A stretch of DNA of 64,000 bases from an uncultured Actinomycetes bacterium (GTDB lineage Bacteria; Actinomycetota; Actinomycetes; Nanopelagicales; Nanopelagicaceae), in assembly GCA_964406345.1 (NCBI GenBank), contig CAYORK010000001.1, positions 88,183 through 152,182 of the forward strand. The letters run 5' to 3'. Both the position numbers and the translations under genes were made by a program. The number at the start of each line of letters is the position of its first letter. Position 1 is the first letter of the stretch. Below are positions 17,921-24,806 of this stretch, in pieces. Below the pieces are notes generated by a model. The model was not told the DNA's origin, searched no databases, and saw only the letters and a program-made list of their open reading frames with translations.

Positions 17921-18730
17921 TCAGAAGTCGCTTCGACCAAGTCGTTGCGCGAGGAAGTAAGGAATGAGGTAGAGCGTGAAGACGATTCCAACGGAGATCC
18001 CGATCTCGGGATAGCCGAAGAAGAAGACATTTCCGATCACGCCGCCGAAGACAGTCCAGAGCAAGAAGAAGTCCGGGATCGCATTGGAGAGACCGCGCTT
18101 GCGACGTTCGCGCGGTAGTGCGACATGCAAGAGCGCCATCAATCCCATACCCGTCAGAAGCCAGCCGAATGCGTTCGAGAGCGGGATCATCGGCTGGAAG
18201 GGCACCGTTGCGCCATCGATCTGCCAAGTCCATCTGCCTGCATTGACCATCTGTGGATCAAGGAAGAAATCCCAGACCATCAATCCGATACCTCCGTAGA
18301 GGAAGACCCAACGGGGTGCGACGCGACGAGCGACGATGATGATCGGATAGGAGATCATCACCCAAGCGAATGGGACTACGAGCGGAATGTCGAAGACTTG
18401 GTAAGCGAGCGACGCGTCATATTGATAGACACCGAATGGCCAGCCAGTTCGATGGCCGATCTGTTCGATGATGAGCGAATAGAAGAAGGTGATGAGTAGG
18501 AAGCGCACTGCGAACTTCGGTCCGAAGGAGTAGTAGGAGTGAAGCACCATCGCCGCTGCGCCCCAATAGACGACTGCGAGCGTGACCAGTCGGAGCGCTT
18601 CACCTTCGAGCAGTGGATAGGAGACTTGAAGAAGAAGAGCGACTGCGAAGACCAGATAGACCGGCAACGCTTCGGAGATGGTGAATTGCTGCCCGATTCG
18701 ACGGCGAGGCACATATTGTCGAATCGACAT
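17921..18730 (-). CDS. Carotenoid biosynthesis membrane protein (CruF-like 1,2-hydratase family, DUF422)
   Basis: 269 aa polytopic membrane protein in a carotenoid context. Family assignment is from recollection of CruF/DUF422 features and was not searched. Confidence 0.7.
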   Translation of the reverse strand: MSIRQYVPRRRIGQQFTISEALPVYLVFAVALLLQVSYPLLEGEALRLVTLAVVYWGAAAMVLHSYYSFGPKFAVRFLLITFFYSLIIEQIGHRTGWPFGVYQYDASLAYQVFDIPLVVPFAWVMISYPIIIVARRVAPRWVFLYGGIGLMVWDFFLDPQMVNAGRWTWQIDGATVPFQPMIPLSNAFGWLLTGMGLMALLHVALPRERRKRGLSNAIPDFFLLWTVFGGVIGNVFFFGYPEIGISVGIVFTLYLIPYFLAQRLGRSDF

Positions 18731-18747
18731 GTGCTAATAGTAACTTT

Positions 18748-19395
18748 CTACCAGTCTCCGGACTCTTCCACGACTGCGAAGCGAGCGAACATCTCCTCGG
18801 AATACCATCCGATCCGCTTTGTCGCTTCGATTGCGCCTTGGTGTGCGGGAGAGCGATAGGCGAAGTCACGAATCGCTTGGGGTGAGTCCCAGAGCGAGAA
18901 AGTTCCCTGCAGGCCGATCGGTGCCTCACCGATTCCGATCGCACTCTCCAACCCTGGTGATGCATGGAGCGCTATGTTGACTGGCGGGACTGAGTGCCAG
19001 AACTCTCGGTTGTGGCGCCACTTGATGCGAGCTCGCGTGATCGCTGCGACCTTGCCATCCCATGTCTTGGCGTCGACCTTCGCCATGGATTCGAAGGGAT
19101 CTCGTTTCGCCCATCGGCCATTGACGGCGATCGGCTTGAGGGAGAACTCCTTGCAGGCGATAGCACGTCGATCCCAATGAGAGAGTCTCGGTAGATCCTC
19201 ACCGACCATGATGACGCCCCATCGATAGGGATTGGCATCTCGGACCGTGAAAGTCTCACCACTGCCGGTTCCAAGAAGTTTCCAGAAGTCGACACCTTCT
19301 CGCCGTAATCGAAGTCGATCCCACCCCATCCGCATGATCGCCCAGGGGATGTGTCGGCGCTTGATTCGCCAGAAGATCACTCGCGCTTCTCTCAT
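18748..19395 (-). CDS. CrtA-like (spheroidene monooxygenase family) carotenoid oxygenase
   Basis: 215 aa. FWKLLGTGSGETFT, ITRARIKWRHNREFW, IGIGEAPIGLQGTFSLW and GWYSEEMFARF align by eye with Rhodobacter CrtA (FWKLCGSGTGEGFT ... IGIGEVPWLHQVTFSIW ... GWFREELYARF). Confidence 0.7.
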   Translation of the reverse strand: MREARVIFWRIKRRHIPWAIMRMGWDRLRLRREGVDFWKLLGTGSGETFTVRDANPYRWGVIMVGEDLPRLSHWDRRAIACKEFSLKPIAVNGRWAKRDPFESMAKVDAKTWDGKVAAITRARIKWRHNREFWHSVPPVNIALHASPGLESAIGIGEAPIGLQGTFSLWDSPQAIRDFAYRSPAHQGAIEATKRIGWYSEEMFARFAVVEESGDW

Positions 19396-20213
19396 GATCC
19401 GATTCGCTCTCTACCTGAAGTCATCAGTATCTCTGCCATCACCTCGGGGACGGCATCCCACATCGGAGCGTGACCAGTCTCGGCGAGTGTCACCCAGCGT
19501 GCATGATCTGGTGCGAGCGATCTCTCCTGACAACTCTGGGCTGGCAGAGTGTTGTCACTATCGCCAAAAATGATCGTCACCGGGATCTGCGCTGGTATCT
19601 CGCTCTCAAAACGCTTCATCAACATGCCGTCGAATGCTGGGTAGTAACCGTCGGAGTCCGTCATCGCACGAACCGCATCCATGCAGAGGCGATACGAAAA
19701 ATCTCGCCAACGAGGACTGACGCTGGCGAAGCCCAACGACCTTGCCCATTCGAAGTGGAGGAAGAGAGGAGTGAGGAGACGCGTCGACTTGGCAAAGATC
19801 CGCAAGAAGGCAGTCGCGGGATAACGACGCTGGAAGGGATTGATCCACATTCCAGCCGGTGCGAGCGCCGTCAAAGAACGAACTCTCTCCCCGTGATGCG
19901 CGGCAAGTTCGAGGGATACCCATCCACCGAGTGAGTTTCCGACGAGGTGATAACCGGTGGAGATCTCATCGACCGAGGTACGGACCATGTCGGCTAGCGC
20001 AATCGGATCCATATGAGTCCCTTTGATGAAGGGAGTCTTTCCATGTCCAGGTAGATCCACCGTGATGACGCGAAAGTGGCGTCGCAGTTCCGGGATCAAT
20101 ACTTGCCAAGCCGTGCTCGCAGATCCCATGCCATGGATGAGAAGGATGTCCTCGATCTGCTGCCCACGTGTGGCGGACCTCAGTGGCGGGATGACCTGAG
20201 TTTCAAGTCTCAT
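19392..20213 (-). CDS. Alpha/beta-fold hydrolase
   Basis: HG box (LLIHGMG) and nucleophile elbow GNSLGG. ATG 20213 is preferred; the alternative GTG at 20252 would overlap ybaK by 29 nt. The stop overlaps the crtA-like start by 4 nt. Confidence 0.75.
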   Translation of the reverse strand: MRLETQVIPPLRSATRGQQIEDILLIHGMGSASTAWQVLIPELRRHFRVITVDLPGHGKTPFIKGTHMDPIALADMVRTSVDEISTGYHLVGNSLGGWVSLELAAHHGERVRSLTALAPAGMWINPFQRRYPATAFLRIFAKSTRLLTPLFLHFEWARSLGFASVSPRWRDFSYRLCMDAVRAMTDSDGYYPAFDGMLMKRFESEIPAQIPVTIIFGDSDNTLPAQSCQERSLAPDHARWVTLAETGHAPMWDAVPEVMAEILMTSGRERIGS

Positions 20214-20223
20214 GGCTTCGATC

Positions 20224-20724
20224 TCAATCTCCGACGATGAGTGGCGTCGCACCGGTTATTCGATGTAGCTCGTCGAAAGAAGTCGGAAATACTGCATGGG
20301 GATGTCCTGCTGCAGCCCAGATCACTTCGTACTCAGCAAGTGCTTGGTCGATGACTACTTTCGTTCTCACGGAGAGATCCTCGCTTTCCCAGCCAATCGG
20401 AGCGACACCGCCCACAGAAAAACCACTAACGCTCTTGACCCAATCTGCATCGGCGCGCGCAAGAGCGCTCACTCCGAGATGCCTTGCGACCAGGTCGGTA
20501 TCGACTCGATGCCGTCCCGACGTTATGACGAGCAAGGGTGATCCATCCGGGAGTTTGAAGACGAGAGAGGATGCGATCTGTCCGACCTCGATGCCGAGAC
20601 CTTTGGCAGCATCGACCGCAGTCTTCGCACTCTCACTCAAGACCTTGATCTCGCCCGGTAGCGCGTTCGCCTCGATCGCAGCGCGCACTCGCCTCACTGC
20701 GGGGCGATTCAGTATCTCTTCCAT
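20224..20724 (-). CDS. YbaK/EbsC-type aminoacyl-tRNA deacylase domain protein
   Basis: 166 aa from ATG 20724. The YbaK-like core is GQIASSLVFK...LLVITSGRHRVD...GGVAPIGW. Confidence 0.8.
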   Translation of the reverse strand: MEEILNRPAVRRVRAAIEANALPGEIKVLSESAKTAVDAAKGLGIEVGQIASSLVFKLPDGSPLLVITSGRHRVDTDLVARHLGVSALARADADWVKSVSGFSVGGVAPIGWESEDLSVRTKVVIDQALAEYEVIWAAAGHPHAVFPTSFDELHRITGATPLIVGD

Positions 20725-20740
20725 TTCAGGTGTGCTCCGG

Positions 20741-21535
20741 CTACTCGGCCAAGATCCACGTCTCGAACAAGGTGAAGATAGCAATCGAGAGCAGGAGCGC
20801 CGCGAAGGAGCGCTTGAGAAGGTCTTGTGATACCCGAGAGCTTTGATGTGAACCGATTCGAGAGATCACAATTGCGACGACTGCCATGATCAATGGCAAC
20901 GACCAGTCGACTTGATCCCAACTCCCGTTCCGCACCAAGAAAGCAATGCTCGAGTTGAGGAAGATGATGAGAAGGGAAGTCCCTGCCGCCTTCGCCGCTG
21001 GGGTATTGAAGAAGAGGACCAAGATGGGAATGGCGACAAAGCCACCACCGATTCCGAATAGACCTGTGATCACACCGATTCCGAGCGAGAGCAGGATGAG
21101 GATCGGGATCGGCATCCTTCGTTCGGATCCTGGCCTAATCGGTCTCTGCAACATCGACCAGGCAGCCAGCAAGAGCACGAGCGCAAGACCAGAGGTCATC
21201 GCCTTCTCGGGGATTCGCGGTGCGAGGAGGGCGAAAGTTACGTTTGTAGTGGCGCTCAAGGCGGAGATAGTCAGTGCCTCTCGCACCAGGACCTCACCGC
21301 GAGAGAACTTCGGCACCGTTCCCGAGAGCGCTGCTGTACCTACGACTACGAGCGCGGCGGTAGTGGCTTGAAGTGGCGTGAATCCAAAGATGTAGATGAG
21401 CATAGGAACTGCGAGCATCGCTCCGCCTGCCCCCACGAAACCTAGGACGAGACCGATCACTCCACCTGCGAGTACCGCGAGGATCAGTTCCACCCCTGCA
21501 CTATCCCATAAGAAAACCCCGATGGAGCTTTCCAC
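20741..21535 (-). CDS. TauE/SafE-family anion (sulfite) exporter
   Basis: 264 aa, 7-8 TM helices, two GxGGG repeats (GAGGAM, GIGGGF). Confidence 0.8.
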   Translation of the reverse strand: MESSIGVFLWDSAGVELILAVLAGGVIGLVLGFVGAGGAMLAVPMLIYIFGFTPLQATTAALVVVGTAALSGTVPKFSRGEVLVREALTISALSATTNVTFALLAPRIPEKAMTSGLALVLLLAAWSMLQRPIRPGSERRMPIPILILLSLGIGVITGLFGIGGGFVAIPILVLFFNTPAAKAAGTSLLIIFLNSSIAFLVRNGSWDQVDWSLPLIMAVVAIVISRIGSHQSSRVSQDLLKRSFAALLLSIAIFTLFETWILAE

Positions 21536-21560
21536 CGGGGTTTTCGAAGTGAAGTGCGAG

Positions 21561-21977
21561 TTACATGTCGAAGAAGTGATCGACCGTCACAGAAGGACCG
21601 AAGTCAGCGCCGGTTGCGACGAGGACGAAGATCACGAGAGCTGCGCCCGCGAGTGCGAGGTTCTTGAAGAAGTTGATCATCTCGCCCTGCTTTGCTTGAG
21701 CGTCCTGGATGGTCCAGAAGTTATGCATCATGAATGCGGTCGGTACCAGGAAGATGGCGAGGAGAAGGGCGCCGAGATCTGCGTAGATGCCGAGCGCTAC
21801 GAAGAGGCCACCAAGCAGGATCATGAATCCGGAGAGGAGGACCATCAACTTCGCGGCTGGCACCTTCTTGAATTGTGCATAGCCGGACATCGCATCACGC
21901 TGAGTGAAGTGGGCGATACCTGAGTTGATGAAGAGCAGCGCGAAGAGCACGCGGCCGATGAGTAGGACGATATCCAT
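21561..21977 (-). CDS. DoxX-family membrane protein
   Basis: 138 aa, 4 TM helices, DoxX-like N-terminus GRVLFALLFINSGIAHF. Strong SD (AAAGGAGA) and an A-rich leader. Confidence 0.8.
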   Translation of the reverse strand: MDIVLLIGRVLFALLFINSGIAHFTQRDAMSGYAQFKKVPAAKLMVLLSGFMILLGGLFVALGIYADLGALLLAIFLVPTAFMMHNFWTIQDAQAKQGEMINFFKNLALAGAALVIFVLVATGADFGPSVTVDHFFDM

Positions 21978-22077
21978 GGATCTCCTTTTTTCTTTTTTGT
22001 TCTCTTGTCGAAGACGCAGATCTGATTGACCTGCTTGCTGAGAGGAAGGTTAGGAGAATTTAGTTGAAATTTCAACG

Positions 22078-22112
22078 AAAACGGTCACCCGCGTGTCGCG
22101 GATGACCGTTTT
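22078..22112 (-). terminator. Rho-independent terminator of the 5'-nucleotidase gene
   Basis: AAAACGGTCA(C/T)CCGCG-loop-CGCGGATGACCGTTTT forms a 16-bp stem with one mismatch. It is followed by a U-run on the minus-strand transcript, 28 nt after the stop. Confidence 0.75.
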
Positions 22113-22139
22113 CTCACCGCACCCTTCGGAACGGGGAAG

Positions 22140-24155
22140 TCATGGCAACCAGGTGATTCGGCCTTCTCCCGTGCTCTTGTTGTAGCGCCCATCAGTGTCT
22201 GGTACCTCAGGTAGACCAGCGGAGTTCTTTGGGAAGCTAAGCAGATAGTCGTAGAGCGCCTGCTCGTAGGAGATCCCAAACCCAACTTTGGTCAACTTGG
22301 CAAAGGTTGGATAGTTGTCTCCGCCCTCAGCGGTGAAACTGTTGGTTACAACTGTTACTGATGGCGCGCCTACAACGACCGCTCCGGCAGTGACGAGGGC
22401 CCGACCATCTGCGAGAGTGATCGATCGAACTCGAGTACCGGCAGTGGTGACCGTTCCCGCGTAGGCGTCACCTGTTGGATTTGAGACCACTATTGCAGTT
22501 CCGCTTCGCGAACACTCTACTTTGAGCCCAGAGACTTGGAGGAATTGTCCGCCACCCGAAGTGCCACTCGAACAGGATCTCTCGAAGATCTCCTTGAGAT
22601 CCGTCGCGTTGACTGCGGTGATGGCTACCAGCCTGTTATCGAAAGGAAGCAGGTCGAATGTGTTTCCACGATTGATCGCGCCTGCAGTACCATTCGTTGG
22701 CAGAGTCACACCACCGTTCTGCCTGATTCCGCCACCATTTTGGACCGCGACCAGAGGGTTCGTCGTCGACTCTGCAGGAAGCCCGAATCCTGCGGCTCGA
22801 TTCTTATAAGCATGGACGAAAGAATCAGCAACGAGATTGCCACCATTTGTTTCAACTGTGCGCACTCCAGCTACCGTGGCGCTACCGCGATCTGTCGCAA
22901 AGACGACCTTGCTGGAGGCGATTGGAGTCGAGAAGCCGGCAAGGCACGCCCGTAGTGGAACTTCAGCTTGCTCGACGACTTTGGGATCCGGCCGCACTGA
23001 GTCATTGATATTGAGACTTTGTGAGAGCGCCGAAGTCGGAATCACTCGCCTTGGGTAGGAGAGGGTCTTGTTGTAGCCCTTCACTTCACCATCCGACGAG
23101 AAGGTGACGTCGAATCGACCGAGGTACGTGTAGTTCCCCTTTGTGGTGATCAACGGAACATCGACGCCAGCGGCGTCCTTGATCATCTCTGGATACTTGC
23201 CAACCGACTTAGCTTCGCCAGGGATGAGCTGAGTCGCCTCGGGGACATCGGGACTTGTTAGAAGATCATCACCGCCACCTGCTATCGCAACATCGACATC
23301 TTTGACTAGAGCGATGAGCTCTTTATCATAGGCGATGCCTTGTAAGTGGCTGACCAAGATGATCTTGTTGAGTCCCCGTGCCTGCAGTGCATTGACTTCA
23401 GCCTGTACTGCAAGCGCTGTTCCCTTGATGTCAGAAGATGTCAACTTCACAGTGCCAGGTGAAGAGATGGTTCTCAAATTTGGAGTTATGGCACTGACGA
23501 CTCCGAAGTAGGCACCTGTGTTGTAGTCTCGATGGATATAGCTCGCTGCCAGTTGCTTTCCGATGAAGTTTCCACGAAGCAGACTTGAACGCTTGGCTTT
23601 GATTCCAGAGAGATCACTATTGGCGCTGAAATCCAGGTTGCCGGAGATGAATGGATGGCGAGCTTTGTTGATGAAGGAATCTATATAGCGACGGAGGAAT
23701 CCGGTGCCATAGTCGAATTCATGATTGCCAAGCACGTGGACGTCGTATGGCATCAATGACTGGGCGACTCCATCCAGCACTTGTTTGGTTGAACTGGGGT
23801 TAGCGGGATCAGCGCAAATCAGTGCCTTGCTTGCAAGAAAGGAGTCACCTGCGTAGACACTCAGTATCGCTTGATTGAGTCGTCGTGCGTTCTTCACTTC
23901 ACGCTTCATAACTGATGCAAAGGCAGCTGCTCCACCGGCAAGAAGGGTGCCGCTCGTCGTTCGGTAGCTCTGCTCAGTGAGCAACGCTGACTCGCCATCG
24001 TTGTTATGGAGGATCGTGAGGATCACATCCCCACTTGGTTCGTCGAAACTCGCTTGAGCTGAGGTTGCTGTGAGAGTCGTGACTGTCATGGCTACTAGAG
24101 TCACCACTGAGGTGATCGCCAAGGGAATGCGCTTAGGTTTTCTATTTCTGAACAT
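22140..24155 (-). CDS. Secreted bifunctional metallophosphatase/5'-nucleotidase
   Basis: 671 aa from ATG 24155 (SD AAGGAAAGG). Sec signal peptide ends ...TATSAQA. GNHEFDYG motif and a C-terminal 5'-nucleotidase domain are present. The track start at 24257 is an upstream extension. Confidence 0.85.
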   Translation of the reverse strand: MFRNRKPKRIPLAITSVVTLVAMTVTTLTATSAQASFDEPSGDVILTILHNNDGESALLTEQSYRTTSGTLLAGGAAAFASVMKREVKNARRLNQAILSVYAGDSFLASKALICADPANPSSTKQVLDGVAQSLMPYDVHVLGNHEFDYGTGFLRRYIDSFINKARHPFISGNLDFSANSDLSGIKAKRSSLLRGNFIGKQLAASYIHRDYNTGAYFGVVSAITPNLRTISSPGTVKLTSSDIKGTALAVQAEVNALQARGLNKIILVSHLQGIAYDKELIALVKDVDVAIAGGGDDLLTSPDVPEATQLIPGEAKSVGKYPEMIKDAAGVDVPLITTKGNYTYLGRFDVTFSSDGEVKGYNKTLSYPRRVIPTSALSQSLNINDSVRPDPKVVEQAEVPLRACLAGFSTPIASSKVVFATDRGSATVAGVRTVETNGGNLVADSFVHAYKNRAAGFGLPAESTTNPLVAVQNGGGIRQNGGVTLPTNGTAGAINRGNTFDLLPFDNRLVAITAVNATDLKEIFERSCSSGTSGGGQFLQVSGLKVECSRSGTAIVVSNPTGDAYAGTVTTAGTRVRSITLADGRALVTAGAVVVGAPSVTVVTNSFTAEGGDNYPTFAKLTKVGFGISYEQALYDYLLSFPKNSAGLPEVPDTDGRYNKSTGEGRITWLP

Positions 24156-24413
24156 CAGACCTTTCCTTATCGGATCTCGTAACGTGCGAGCCGGCATCCT
24201 GCTGGCGCGACACGATTGCTGCTTTGGCCCTGCTTTAGGGAAGGGTGTGCGAAGCAAGCTGAAGTTAGGACGACTGAGGAATGGTTTGCTTGTGCTGGTC
24301 TGAATGGGGGGTTAATTGCTGGTGACTTGTTGAGCGTGGTTTTGGGTCACTTTTGGGGTCTAACCGTGCTCTCTGATCCGCTCGTTGCCTATGTCTCTGG
24401 CCGGTAGTAGGGT

Positions 24414-24429
24414 TAGAACAAATGTTCTA
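24414..24429. promoter_or_regulatory. LexA (SOS) box TAGAAC-AAAT-GTTCTA
   Basis: Perfect GAAC-N4-GTTC palindrome with symmetric flanks (AGGGTTAGAAC...GTTCTAAAACCCT), about 30 nt upstream of the first ORF of the dnaE2 operon. Confidence 0.75.
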
Positions 24430-24458
24430 AAACCCTCAACTTCAGATTGAGTCTACCT

Positions 24459-24806
24459 ATGCCAGAGATACCTCGTTCCGAAATCGCGCTCTTCGATGGC
24501 GAGCCGATCGAGTTCACCTATCGCAATCGTCGCTATCGGGTCTACGCCGTCCTTTCGCGATGGCGCGAAGCCGGTGGTTGGTGGAACCGAGCTAGTGATG
24601 GGAACTATCGCCCTGATGATGGTGCGCGTGCTCTCTGGCGAGTGGAGGCTGCACCAGTTGGTGCGATGACCACATTCGAGATCGAGCGGATCGATAACGC
24701 CGATCTCACCGATGAGCAGTTAGCCGAGGGTTTCGTATGGCGAATCCGACCTACATCGCGTTCGAAATCAGACCCGAGATCCGAATACCAGAGCGATGTC
24801 TCATGA
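24459..24806 (+). CDS. Small W-rich protein, DUF6504-like (recalled), first gene of the SOS cassette
   Basis: 115 aa from ATG 24459, or 119 aa from TTG 24447. Motif YRVYAVLSRWREAGGWWNR. The stop overlaps the dnaE2 ATG by 11 nt. Confidence 0.65.
   Translation: MPEIPRSEIALFDGEPIEFTYRNRRYRVYAVLSRWREAGGWWNRASDGNYRPDDGARALWRVEAAPVGAMTTFEIERIDNADLTDEQLAEGFVWRIRPTSRSKSDPRSEYQSDVS

Noticed and set aside
24321-24352. Direct repeat GGTGACTTGTTG / GGTCACTTTTGG (24 nt apart) upstream of the 5'-nucleotidase gene, as possible PhoP (PHO) boxes.
   Set aside because: It matches the actinobacterial GTTCACC-type consensus only partially (5-6 of 7). The spacing is not the 11-nt repeat unit, and it lies about 170-200 nt from the start codon. 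This is too weak to call without comparative data.
24258-24446. Possible remnants of a degraded imuA'/imuB upstream of dnaE2.
   Set aside because: Only 189 nt of spacer exist, and they contain the SOS box and promoter-like sequence. No frame shows Y-family or RecA-like motifs, so the cassette is not a recent pseudogenisation product.
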